Sequence record: SRR31156797_6066
Length of the DNA stretch: 20,000 bases
Strand: one strand, 5' to 3'
The number at the start of each line of letters is the position of its first letter. Within the stretch, counting starts at the first letter, position 1. The position numbers were made by a program, and so were the translations under genes. Positions 6,885-17,386 of this stretch are shown piece after piece. The notes under the pieces were generated by a model that ran no database searches, was not told where the DNA came from, and saw only the letters and a list, made by a program, of their open reading frames with translations.

Positions 6885-8642
6885 TTATTTTTCTTCTTTT
6901 CTGTAATCAAGTCCTAACTCAACCATTTGTTCATCAGCAATAGTCGAAGGTGAGTCAATCATCACATCACGTCCTGAATTGTTTTTCGGGAACGCAATTA
7001 CATCACGAATTGATTCAATACCTGCGAAAAGTGAAGCTAAACGATCGAAACCGAAAGCAATTCCACCGTGTGGAGGCGCACCGTACTGGAATGCATCCAT
7101 TAAGAAACCAAACTGAGCTTGAGCTTCTTCATCGGTAAATCCAAGATGCTTGAACATTTGAGCTTGTAATTCTGTATCATGGATACGAATTGATCCACCA
7201 CCAATTTCAACACCATTAATAACCAAATCGTAAGCATTCGCACGAACTTTTCCAGGAGTAGTTTCCAACATGTGGAAATCTTCAGCTTTAGGAGAAGTAA
7301 ACGGGTGGTGCATTGCATGGAAACGTTCTGAATCCTCATCCCACTCCAATAGTGGGAAGTCAACTACCCACATTGGCGAAAACTTATTATTATCACGTAA
7401 ACCTAACTGAGAACCCATTTCCAAACGCAATTCACTAAGCTGAGGTAAAGTTTTAGCTTTTTCCCCTACCAACACTAAAATCAAATCGCCTGGTTTTGCA
7501 TTACAAGCTTCAGCCCATTTCTGCAATTGCTCCGCACCGTAAAATTTATCAACTGATGATTTAAATGAACCATCCTCGTTATATTTAACGTAAACTAAAC
7601 CTTTAGCACCAATTTGTGGCTTCTTTACAAAGTTAGTAAGAGCATCTAATTGTTTACGAGTATATGTCGCACATCCTTCAGCGCAAATTGCACCAATGTA
7701 TTCAGCTTCATCAAAAACTTTAAAATCATTTCCTTTAGCTACTACGCTAAGATCAACAAATTTCATATCGAAACGGATATCAGGCTTATCGTTACCATAG
7801 AACTCCATCGCATCAGCATAATCCATTCTTGGAAACTTATAATCGATATCAACATTTTTCAATTTCTTGAACAAATGCTTAGTCAATCCCTCAAAAGTAT
7901 CCAGAATATCATCTTGCTCTACAAATGACATTTCGCAATCAATCTGAGTAAACTCAGGCTGACGATCGGCACGTAAATCTTCATCACGAAAACATTTTAC
8001 AATTTGGTAATAACGGTCGAAACCAGAAATCATCAACAATTGTTTAAAAACCTGAGGAGACTGAGGCAAAGCATAAAACTCACCTGCATTCATTCTTGAT
8101 GGCACGATAAAGTCACGAGCTCCTTCAGGAGTAGATTTAATCAATACTGGAGTTTCAGTCTCGATAAAATCAAGTTGATCCAAATAGTTACGAACTTCGA
8201 TCCCCATTTTATGACGCATCACCAAATTTTCACGAACGCAAGAACGACGTAAATCAAGGTAACGATACTTCATTCTCAACTCATCACCACCATCTGTATT
8301 ATCTTCAATGGTAAAAGGAGGCAAAGCCGATTGGCTTAGGATCTCTAGTTTTTCAGCAATAATCTCTACATCACCAGTAGGTATTTTACTGTTTTTACTT
8401 TGTCTTTCAGCAACCTTACCCGTAATAGCAACCACAAACTCGCGACCTAACTTTCTAGCTTTTTCGCAAAGTTCTGCATTGTTTTCCATATCGAAAACAA
8501 ATTGAGTAATTCCGTAACGATCTCGAAGATCGACGAAAGTCATTCCACCCAAATCGCGTGCTTTTTGCACCCAACCGCTCAGTGTTACTGTATTGTTTAC
8601 ATTCTCAATTCTTAATTCTCCACAAGTATGAGTTCTGTACAT
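6885..8642 (-). CDS. aspS: Aspartate--tRNA ligase
   Basis: [50 protein letters not shown] and GAPPHGG motifs. RDLGG (Leu rather than His) suggests a discriminating AspRS. Confidence 0.98.
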   Translation of the reverse strand: MYRTHTCGELRIENVNNTVTLSGWVQKARDLGGMTFVDLRDRYGITQFVFDMENNAELCEKARKLGREFVVAITGKVAERQSKNSKIPTGDVEIIAEKLEILSQSALPPFTIEDNTDGGDELRMKYRYLDLRRSCVRENLVMRHKMGIEVRNYLDQLDFIETETPVLIKSTPEGARDFIVPSRMNAGEFYALPQSPQVFKQLLMISGFDRYYQIVKCFRDEDLRADRQPEFTQIDCEMSFVEQDDILDTFEGLTKHLFKKLKNVDIDYKFPRMDYADAMEFYGNDKPDIRFDMKFVDLSVVAKGNDFKVFDEAEYIGAICAEGCATYTRKQLDALTNFVKKPQIGAKGLVYVKYNEDGSFKSSVDKFYGAEQLQKWAEACNAKPGDLILVLVGEKAKTLPQLSELRLEMGSQLGLRDNNKFSPMWVVDFPLLEWDEDSERFHAMHHPFTSPKAEDFHMLETTPGKVRANAYDLVINGVEIGGGSIRIHDTELQAQMFKHLGFTDEEAQAQFGFLMDAFQYGAPPHGGIAFGFDRLASLFAGIESIRDVIAFPKNNSGRDVMIDSPSTIADEQMVELGLDYRKEEK

Positions 8643-8764
8643 CTTTTACCAAATTAATGATTTAACAAGCCAATGGCTTTTAAAATATCCTCTTCTTCCA
8701 GTAGCTAGTTTGTTACAGATTACAAAGCTGAACCTGAATTATTAGCTCTTATTACTGGTTTTCT

Positions 8765-8780
8765 TAACTTTGCGAAAATA
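8765..8780. promoter_or_regulatory. Abutting divergent -7 boxes for tadA (+) and aspS (-)
   Basis: TAacTTTG on + at 8765-8772 and TAttTTCG on - at 8780-8773. Confidence 0.5.
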
Positions 8781-8838
8781 CTAACAATTTGTGAAACAGA
8801 ATAACGTTTCTTTAACAGATTTATAAAAAAGATATTAC

Positions 8839-9300
8839 ATGAATCAAGAGTCTCCAATATCACCTTTTTCTGATGAATATTTTATGAAACAAGCCATACA
8901 GGAAGCTCACAAAGCTTTCGAGGCAGATGAAATACCTGTAGGTGCTATAATTGTTAGCAACAATAGAATTATTGCCCGAGCGCACAACCTAACAGAACGA
9001 TTAAACGATGTTACAGCTCATGCCGAAATGCAGGCAATAACCGCAGCTGCAAATTATCTTGGTGGAAAATATCTGAAAGATTGCACTTTATATGTGACAC
9101 TTGAACCATGCAACATGTGTGCCGGTGCATTAGCCTGGTCGCAGATTACAAAAATTGTTTATGGTGCAAGCGACGACAAAAGAGGATTCAGCCGATTTAC
9201 GCCAAGTCCGCTTCATCCGAGAACTGAATTGATTTCTGGAATTATGAAGGAAGAAAGTGCGGATTTAATTCAAAGTTTTTTTGCAAAAAAAAGAAAATAA
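8839..9300 (+). CDS. tadA: tRNA adenosine(34) deaminase / nucleoside deaminase
   Basis: DEYFM..A..EA, EIPVGA, D.TAHAE and TLEPCNMCAGA Zn-binding motifs; FF..KR C-terminus. Confidence 0.9.
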   Translation: MNQESPISPFSDEYFMKQAIQEAHKAFEADEIPVGAIIVSNNRIIARAHNLTERLNDVTAHAEMQAITAAANYLGGKYLKDCTLYVTLEPCNMCAGALAWSQITKIVYGASDDKRGFSRFTPSPLHPRTELISGIMKEESADLIQSFFAKKRK

Positions 9301-9382
9301 ACAAGAGGAAAACACTACAGCATAACTATTATCAACAATTAAAAAAATATACTTTTAAAGTTATTGATTTAGAAAAAATTAT

Positions 9383-9390
9383 TACTTTTG
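9383..9390 (+). promoter_or_regulatory. Bacteroidota -7 box for deoD (implies a ~190-nt 5' UTR)
   Basis: TActTTTG; I see no closer match to the consensus before the ATG at 9588. Confidence 0.55.
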
Positions 9391-9587
9391 CCGACGATCA
9401 GAAGGAATATTGGCTTTTTTGTCAAACTAGTTTCATCTGATTAACAGGTAAATATAAGAACTACCATCCAACCAATTTTATAATCCATTCTCTTTTTTGG
9501 AAACATGTAATGCGTAATGCATTTTCTGCGATTTAGTTCGACAGAATTACATTATCTTTATTAGTAAATTATAAAATTAAATATATC

Positions 9588-10304
9588 ATGAGCGCACATA
9601 ACGAAGCCAAAATGGGCGACATCGCCGAAACTATTCTTTTACCAGGTGATCCTTTAAGAGCAAAATACATTGCTGACAACTTCTTAGAAGATGTAGTATG
9701 TTATAACAAAGTAAGAAACATGCTAGGTTTTACCGGTACCTATAAAGGGAAACGTATTTCGGTTCAAGGTACAGGAATGGGTGTTCCTTCAATTTCTATC
9801 TATGCTCATGAGTTAATCAACCAGTATGGTGTGAAAAACTTAATCAGAATCGGAACTTGTGGATCTTTTAATAAAGATGTTCATGTACGCGACGTTATTT
9901 TAGCAATGACTTCCAATACTGATTCTGCTATTAATAAGAATTTATTTAAAGGAATGGATTACGCTCCTTGTGCTGACTTTGGTTTACTAAGCGATGCACA
10001 TAAAGCTGCTGTTGAAAAAGGTGTAAACGTAAAAGTTGGTGGTACTTTAACTTCTGACATTTTCTATCATGACCTTGAAAATAATCCAGAACCATTCAAG
10101 CTTTGGGCTGACTATGGCGTATTAGCTGTAGAAATGGAAGCTACTGCATTATATACATTAGCTGCTCGCCACAACGCAAAAGCACTAGCTATTATGACTG
10201 TAAGTGATCACATTCTTACAGGAGAAGAGACAAGTGCTGAAGAACGCCAAACCACTTTAAACACAATGATAGAGATTGGTTTGGAAACTGCAATTAGGCA
10301 ATAA
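9588..10304 (+). CDS. deoD: Purine nucleoside phosphorylase, DeoD (hexameric) type
   Basis: [49 protein letters not shown] and EERQ motifs. Confidence 0.96.
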   Translation: MSAHNEAKMGDIAETILLPGDPLRAKYIADNFLEDVVCYNKVRNMLGFTGTYKGKRISVQGTGMGVPSISIYAHELINQYGVKNLIRIGTCGSFNKDVHVRDVILAMTSNTDSAINKNLFKGMDYAPCADFGLLSDAHKAAVEKGVNVKVGGTLTSDIFYHDLENNPEPFKLWADYGVLAVEMEATALYTLAARHNAKALAIMTVSDHILTGEETSAEERQTTLNTMIEIGLETAIRQ

Positions 10305-10322
10305 TTTAGATCAGATACATTT

Positions 10323-10375
10323 ATGTATGGGATGGAGGAGCTTTCAGAGGTTCCTCTTTCTTTTTATCCATACAT
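10323..10375. terminator. Extended terminator hairpin between deoD and the convergent gene
   Basis: gaggagc/gttcctc stem plus a T-rich tail, nested inside an outer atgtatgg/ccatacat pair. Confidence 0.65.
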
Positions 10376-10389
10376 TGGCAAAGCTCCTT

Positions 10390-11133
10390 CTATTCGTATT
10401 GCTTTTTTTCAAGATAATACATCGCTTCTCCTTTATCTCCGTTTTCAAGATCTGTCATTACCACACGAAAAATATCATAAGGCTTTGAACTTTTATTCTT
10501 AGGTAGATTTACGTGCAACAAATATCCATTACAAATCCCACTTGGAACAAATTCCTTAACCTTTTGTTTCATGTTCACTTTTGTAGGAACACCATTTATC
10601 TCCACTTCAATTTTAAGTTGATCGGGATCTGTACAAAGATCTGTATCACCAATAGATTTACCAGGGTTTGCATAGTATTTAGAAAGACTCATTGGTCTGC
10701 AATAGATAGTATAACCTGGAGTTGCCCCTTCTACTCTAAACACATTTAACCCATACACCTCTAATCTGTGATAATGAATGTTTATCTCCTGATCGACATC
10801 AGCAATAACATTCCATGCCCAAAATTCTAATCGTTGATCTTCCGGTGCTAACTGAGTATTGGATTTTGGATACTCACACATTTTCATTGATGCCAAAGCA
10901 AGGTATTTACCTTTTTTCACCTTCAAAGAATATCTCCCACTTTTATCTGAATGTGTTTCGTATTTTGATTCTCTTCCAAAATTCTTTCCTTTCAATTCAA
11001 CAAATGCGCTATCAGCAGGATTTCCCTCAAAGTCTGATACAATTCCTGAAATTACAATTGAATCATTCTGTGCATTCACATTCAAACTAAAAATACAGAG
11101 TAACAAGATCGGCAGTACTAAATTTCTTTTCAT
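10390..11133 (-). CDS. Exported protein with N-terminal carboxypeptidase-regulatory-like (transthyretin-like beta-sandwich) domain and an unknown C-terminal domain
   Basis: Sec signal (MKRN-hydrophobic-VNA/Q); ISG.V.D..G.P...A.V.L....T.SD..G.Y.L.V..G.Y pattern; promoter TAtaTTTG on - at 11182-11175. Confidence 0.75.
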   Translation of the reverse strand: MKRNLVLPILLLCIFSLNVNAQNDSIVISGIVSDFEGNPADSAFVELKGKNFGRESKYETHSDKSGRYSLKVKKGKYLALASMKMCEYPKSNTQLAPEDQRLEFWAWNVIADVDQEINIHYHRLEVYGLNVFRVEGATPGYTIYCRPMSLSKYYANPGKSIGDTDLCTDPDQLKIEVEINGVPTKVNMKQKVKEFVPSGICNGYLLHVNLPKNKSSKPYDIFRVVMTDLENGDKGEAMYYLEKKQYE

Positions 11134-11231
11134 ATTATTATTGTTTATAATTTTCTTATTAGACGCCTGCCCTTCAAATATAGTTACATAACAATTAAAT
11201 TGATTACAATTTCATTTGAGGTTTTTACACG

Positions 11232-11261
11232 AAAAAAAACTCGTATCAACCTGATACGAGT
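11232..11261 (-). terminator. Terminator of aroA
   Basis: actcgtatca-acc-tgatacgagt stem with an A-run on + (U-run on -). Confidence 0.88.
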
Positions 11262-11286
11262 CCCTATACTGATGTTTCATTTATTC

Positions 11287-12513
11287 TTATTTCTCCTCTA
11301 TCGAGAAACCTACTTCTTTCAATTGCTCCCAAAAGTTTGGATATGATTTCTTCACTACATCCGGTGAATCAATAACAATATTTGAACGAAGCAAAGCTAT
11401 AGGTGCAAATGCCATTGCCATTCTATGATCGTGATACGTTTCAATTACCACATTTTCTTCCTCCTCTTTACGTTCACCAGTCCAAGCTAACTCACCTTCG
11501 GCTGGTTCGATCAGCACATAGCCTAACTTTCCCAACTCTTTTATTAAGGCAAATATTCTATCAGTCTCTTTAATTTTTAAAGTCTCTAAGCCGGTAAAAT
11601 GAAAAGGAATATTCTTAAAACAAGAACAAACTGCAAAGGTCTGTGCTAAATCAGGCATTCGATTGAAATCAAATGTTAGTTTTTTACAATCGCTTGCCAC
11701 TTTCTCGATAAACATTCCACGTTTCGAAAACTGAGTTTTAACTCCTAACTTTTCAAAAACAGGCACCAAACCTGAATCTCCCTGAAAACTATTCTTTTTC
11801 AATCCATCTAAATACAATTTACCTTCACCAGCCAAAGCCATAAACGACCACCAGTACGAAGCTCCCGACCAATCTCCCTCCACAGTATATGGAATTCTTT
11901 TATAAGCTTGGTTTGGCACAAATATTTCCTGTCCTTTAAATTCTGACTTAACACCAAATTCCTCCATAATATTAAGAGTCATTTCAATGTATGATCGGGA
12001 AACAATTTTTCCTTTAAGCTTAATTCGCAAGCCATTCTCCAAAGTAGGTGCAATTAAAAGCAAAGCTGAAATATACTGAGAACTAGTATCACCTTGTAAT
12101 TCTACTTCTTCTCCAGTAATATTCGATCCAAAGATTTTAAGTGGTGGATACCCTTCTTTTTCCAGATAAGAAATCTGTGCGCCTAATGAATTTAAGGCAT
12201 CAACCAACACTCCAATCGGACGCTCTTTCATTCGATTCGATCCGGTTAAGGTCCATTCTCCAACAACCTTAGCAAGATATGCAGTTAAAAATCGCATTGT
12301 TGTTCCAGCATGACCAACATCAAAAGTGTTGGTGTTCGAAAATAAAATACTCTGCATTGCTTTCGAATCATCACAATCTGAAAGATTCTTAATAGGTTCA
12401 AAACTATAAGCAAGTGCATTTATTATCTGTACTCTGTTCGATATACTTTTAGATGCTGGAAGAACTACTCTTCCTTCCAAAATTTTATTCGATTTTGAAA
12501 CTGAATATTGCAT
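11287..12513 (-). CDS. aroA: 3-phosphoshikimate 1-carboxyvinyltransferase (EPSP synthase)
   Basis: LPASKSISNR, GHAGTTMRF, RMKERPI, SSQYISALL, VEGDWS, KETDR, DHRMAMA and KSYP motifs. Confidence 0.97.
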   Translation of the reverse strand: MQYSVSKSNKILEGRVVLPASKSISNRVQIINALAYSFEPIKNLSDCDDSKAMQSILFSNTNTFDVGHAGTTMRFLTAYLAKVVGEWTLTGSNRMKERPIGVLVDALNSLGAQISYLEKEGYPPLKIFGSNITGEEVELQGDTSSQYISALLLIAPTLENGLRIKLKGKIVSRSYIEMTLNIMEEFGVKSEFKGQEIFVPNQAYKRIPYTVEGDWSGASYWWSFMALAGEGKLYLDGLKKNSFQGDSGLVPVFEKLGVKTQFSKRGMFIEKVASDCKKLTFDFNRMPDLAQTFAVCSCFKNIPFHFTGLETLKIKETDRIFALIKELGKLGYVLIEPAEGELAWTGERKEEEENVVIETYHDHRMAMAFAPIALLRSNIVIDSPDVVKKSYPNFWEQLKEVGFSIEEK

Positions 12514-12535
12514 ATTGATAATCGTTTCCGGATAT

Positions 12536-12574
12536 AAAAAATCAGACCAACAATAAGATGAACTATTGTTGGTC
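12536..12574 (-). terminator. Hairpin / probable leaky terminator between apt and aroA
   Basis: gaccaacaata/tattgttggtc 11-bp stem; on the minus strand the U-tract follows after a 3-nt spacer. Confidence 0.6.
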
Positions 12575-12599
12575 CTAAATATTGTAATTTAACGTCTAT

Positions 12600-13130
12600 C
12601 TAAAAATGAAAAAGAGAATCTATTTCGTAATTAGTAGCTAACTTCTCGCGACCATTTAAGAAATCAAGTTCAACTAAGAAGTTTAAATATACATTCTTTA
12701 AATTGAATCGATCTAATAATTTAATAGATGCAGCTGCTGTTCCTCCTGTTGCCAACAAATCGTCGTGTAACAAAACAACATCCTCGCTATTTAAGGCATC
12801 CTGATGAATGAAAATCTCATCCTCACCATACTCCAAGGCATATTTTTCAGAATAAGTTGGCGCAGGTAATTTTCCAGGTTTTCTAACAGGTACAAAACCT
12901 GCTCCTAATTTGTAAGCCAATACGGTTCCTAAAATGAAACCACGGCTCTCCAAACCAACAATTTTTGTAATTCCTCTGTCTTTATACTGTTCGTATAACG
13001 TTTCAACCAATGTATTCAGATGCTTATCGCTCATTAACATGGTTGTAATATCTTTAAAAACGATTCCTTCTTTAGGAAAATCGATTACATCTCTAATTGA
13101 ATCTTTTGCTTCTTGAAGTCTTGCTTCCAT
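12600..13130 (-). CDS. apt: Adenine phosphoribosyltransferase
   Basis: DFPKEGIVFKDIT, ESRGF, VRKPGKLP, YALEYG and the PRPP-binding HDDLLATGGT motif. Confidence 0.97.
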   Translation of the reverse strand: MEARLQEAKDSIRDVIDFPKEGIVFKDITTMLMSDKHLNTLVETLYEQYKDRGITKIVGLESRGFILGTVLAYKLGAGFVPVRKPGKLPAPTYSEKYALEYGEDEIFIHQDALNSEDVVLLHDDLLATGGTAAASIKLLDRFNLKNVYLNFLVELDFLNGREKLATNYEIDSLFHF

Positions 13131-13457
13131 CTTATTTTAATTTTTCGAGTGATATATTTTCACCCTCCGCTATTGCCTAAAAAACGCAACAAACCGGAAG
13201 AAGTGGAACACTCACCCCCTCGTCACTTAATTATTCAAAAAATATTTACGGATAAAGTGTGGGATAATTCCGGGTAAAAATAGAAAAGTCCGAACAAATA
13301 ACAATTATGAATTGGAAAAATATATCTCTCTTTTTACTGATCACTCAATTCTTTATATAAAAAACACGAATAAAAACCTTATCCTGTATTGATATACAAG
13401 ATTGGTTGGTCGAATCTGCATTAGTTTTTACCTTTGATCCAACAAACAATTCAAAAT

Positions 13458-13922
13458 ATGACAATCAACAATCAAAACAGATCAGCCTGGATCAAACTCT
13501 CATACTATTTGTTTATTTTCCTGTACTTGGCAACTATGGTTCTACTACTTTATTTAAATGTAAATAAACCATACCTTATAATAGGAATAATGAGTGCAGT
13601 ATTCTTATCTGTAATCATATTTGCGCTTTCCTTAAATTTCAATTTTATCATCTTTAAAGAGACAGATGAAAAATTAATTCTCAGATACTATCCATTACAT
13701 CCTTTTCATGATAATTTTAAATCTATTGAAATACAAAAACGAAGTTTGGCTTATTTTGAATTGAATAATAAAGTATTTGGATTAAAACCAGTAATCACAC
13801 TGTATTTGCAAACCGAGAAAGGAATAGCTAAATATCCTAGTGTTTGTCTTTCGGCACTTTCGAAAAACGATAGAGAAAAAATAATACTCTCTTTAAAGAA
13901 GTTTGGAAAACTAAAAAAATAA
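13458..13922 (+). CDS. Hypothetical two-TM membrane protein with a basic soluble C-terminal domain
   Basis: The ORF-track TTG at 13434 lies inside a TAccTTTG -7 box (13429-13436), so the in-frame ATG at 13458 is the more likely start; two N-terminal TM helices. Confidence 0.7.
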   Translation: MTINNQNRSAWIKLSYYLFIFLYLATMVLLLYLNVNKPYLIIGIMSAVFLSVIIFALSLNFNFIIFKETDEKLILRYYPLHPFHDNFKSIEIQKRSLAYFELNNKVFGLKPVITLYLQTEKGIAKYPSVCLSALSKNDREKIILSLKKFGKLKK

Positions 13923-13984
13923 TACAACCTACACACTTTTCAATAGAAAGCTCTCGTTACCTCTTCGATTAAAAATAAAAAAAT

Positions 13985-14581
13985 ATGAATTTCAAAACAA
14001 CCTCAATACTACTTCTATTTCTAATAAGTTTATCGCCAAATTTATTTTCACAGAATAACGATCTAAGGTTAAATATTGGTATTCCATTGGGTAACTATGG
14101 AAAATTCGATCACAGTTTTGCTGGTGCAGATGCTACAAATCATCCTTCTGTAATCATACAATTAGAAAAAGCCTGGAAAGAAAATTTAAGCATAGGAGCA
14201 TATATTGGCTATACCGGACAAAAACATGAATACAATTTAGGATTCGAAGAAGTGAAATACAATTATTACAGATTCGGAACGTCTCTTACATATGAATTAA
14301 ACGACTGGCTATTAGAAATGAATCTTTCTCCGGGAAACGATATTGAAATGTATACAAGCATAAAAACAGGTCTTTCACTTGAAAATAAGAAAACTGAATC
14401 ATCAAAATTAGATGGCAGTTCAAATCCTGTTTATTTCAGTAAGAGCTCAAATGATCTCCTTGTTGATTTAGGCATATTATTAGGCACCAGATATCATTTT
14501 TCAAATCAATTTGGAATTTTCTCTGAACTTGGATGGGGAAATACTGGATTTTTTACAATCGGCACAACGTTTACTTTATAA
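13985..14581 (+). CDS. Outer-membrane beta-barrel protein (about 8 strands)
   Basis: Sec signal (..LFS/Q), alternating amphipathic strands and a C-terminal G.RYHF...GIF.ELG.G.....IG.TF.L beta-signal-like end. Confidence 0.78.
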   Translation: MNFKTTSILLLFLISLSPNLFSQNNDLRLNIGIPLGNYGKFDHSFAGADATNHPSVIIQLEKAWKENLSIGAYIGYTGQKHEYNLGFEEVKYNYYRFGTSLTYELNDWLLEMNLSPGNDIEMYTSIKTGLSLENKKTESSKLDGSSNPVYFSKSSNDLLVDLGILLGTRYHFSNQFGIFSELGWGNTGFFTIGTTFTL

Positions 14582-14621
14582 ATATTTTGTAAATTCCATA
14601 CATTATAACAGCTTATAATGT

Positions 14622-15725
14622 ATGGAAGAAATTTATAAAGTTGCACTTAGTTTTATTAACGGATTTGGTCCTGTAAATATTAAAAAAGCCATAGCCTACA
14701 CTGGTGGTATGGAGGGTTTCTTTAAGGAAAAGACACATCATCTTCAAAAAATTCCAGGAATTGGCGAAGTATTCACAAAAAAACTAAATCGAGAATCTGC
14801 CTTAAAATCTGCAGAAGAAGAATTGCATTTTATCTCCGATAACAACATTCATCTTACTTCCTATTTAGATCCTGATTATCCCCAACGATTGTTGAATTGT
14901 TCTGATTCTCCTTGTACCTTATATTATAAGGGAAATATTGATTTCAATTCTGATCGCAGCATTAGCATAGTTGGAACCCGTAATGCAAGTGATAATGGTC
15001 GAGAAACCTGCAATAAATTAATTACCGATCTTGCTGAAAAGAAAATTAAGACAACTATTATAAGCGGTTTAGCCTATGGAATTGATATTTGTGCTCACAA
15101 AGCTGCTTTGCGCAACAACTTGCCAACTCTTGCCATTTTAGGTCATGGCTTTCATCAAATGTATCCTGCTCAACACAAACAATATGCTTCAGAAATAGCA
15201 CAAAATGGAGCATTAATTAGTGAATTTACTTCAAACAGCAATTTTGATCCCAAACATTTCGTCAGAAGAAATAGAATAATTGCCGGAATGTCGGATGCTA
15301 CAATAGTAATTGAGTCGGCGAAGAAAGGCGGATCATTAGTTACTGCAAATATCGCTAATTCATACAATCGTGATGTTTTTGCGTTCCCAGGAAGAGTAAC
15401 AGACAAATTCTCAATAGGATGTAACCATCTTATCAAAACCAATCAGGCACATTTAATCGAAAGCGTTAAAGATTTGGAATATATTTTAGGCTGGGATGAA
15501 GAATGCAAAACTCCTAAAGAAATTCAAACCAAATTATTTGTTGAATTATCAACAGAAGAAGAGATAATTGTTAATTCTTTAAAAGAAGGAGAAAATACAG
15601 CTATCGATATCATCTGCATTAAAACATCCTTACCCATGAGTAAGGTATCAACAATACTCCTCAAATTAGAATTTAATGGCATCGTTAAGTCACTTCCGGG
15701 AAAAATCTACGCCCTAAATTCATGA
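14622..15725 (+). CDS. dprA: DNA-processing protein DprA/Smf
   Basis: YP.RL, SIVGTR, ISGLAYGIDICAH, F.RRNRIIAG, GGSL.TA and VFAFPGR motifs; C-terminal winged helix (LLKLEFNG...LPG). Confidence 0.96.
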   Translation: MEEIYKVALSFINGFGPVNIKKAIAYTGGMEGFFKEKTHHLQKIPGIGEVFTKKLNRESALKSAEEELHFISDNNIHLTSYLDPDYPQRLLNCSDSPCTLYYKGNIDFNSDRSISIVGTRNASDNGRETCNKLITDLAEKKIKTTIISGLAYGIDICAHKAALRNNLPTLAILGHGFHQMYPAQHKQYASEIAQNGALISEFTSNSNFDPKHFVRRNRIIAGMSDATIVIESAKKGGSLVTANIANSYNRDVFAFPGRVTDKFSIGCNHLIKTNQAHLIESVKDLEYILGWDEECKTPKEIQTKLFVELSTEEEIIVNSLKEGENTAIDIICIKTSLPMSKVSTILLKLEFNGIVKSLPGKIYALNS

Positions 15726-15839
15726 ATTTTATCATTTTTTGAGAGTTCATGTTGTAGAGCAGAAATCAACTTGTCGCAATCATCTGATTATGTGACTTTT
15801 AGGATTTACGAAAACGTTGTAAAATTTTTCAACTTTTAA

Positions 15840-15869
15840 TTTGTGATTATGAAAATTTATATACATTTG
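15840..15869 (+). promoter_or_regulatory. Bacteroidota sigmaA promoter of gdh
   Basis: TTTG at 15840-15843 and TAcaTTTG at 15862-15869. Confidence 0.65.
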
Positions 15870-15927
15870 ACACCAAGAACTAATAATAAAACACAACAAA
15901 CAATTTTAATTTCATAACAGTTTGGAT

Positions 15928-17262
<1,335 letters not shown>

Positions 17263-17285
17263 AATACAATCACGCCTAAATATAG

Positions 17286-17311
17286 AAAAGCCGGCTATGC
17301 CGGCTTTTTTT
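17286..17311 (+). terminator. Terminator of gdh
   Basis: aaaagccggc-tat-gccggctttt stem followed by further Ts. Confidence 0.9.
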
Positions 17312-17386
17312 ATATCATTTTGGGGGATAAAAGTCTTGCCAATACTTTTTCCTTTCTCTATGTTTGTTCATCAAATTAGAATCAAC

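Noticed and set aside
6950..8505. Four short ORFs inside aspS
   Set aside because: Shadow or alternative-frame ORFs of a codon-biased essential gene.
10276..11191. Four plus-strand ORFs of 70-110 aa
   Set aside because: They overlap the deoD end and terminator or lie antisense to the 247-aa exported protein.
13191..13206. CCGGAAGAAG resembling the SRP RNA core
   Set aside because: Lacks the CAGG and GCAGC flanks of SRP helix 8, and G-U pairing favours the opposite strand.
13257..13275. GTGTGGGATAATTCCGGG resembling the 3' end of ykkC riboswitches
   Set aside because: The 5' CUAGGGUUCCG core is missing and the strand is wrong for apt.
12934..15442. Short ORFs at 12934-13116, 13751-13936 and 15170-15442
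   Set aside because: Antisense shadows of apt, the membrane protein and dprA.
17297..17386. 30-aa N-terminal extension of TatD
   Set aside because: The upstream ATG lies inside the gdh terminator and upstream of the tatD promoter box; the family N-terminus begins at 17387.
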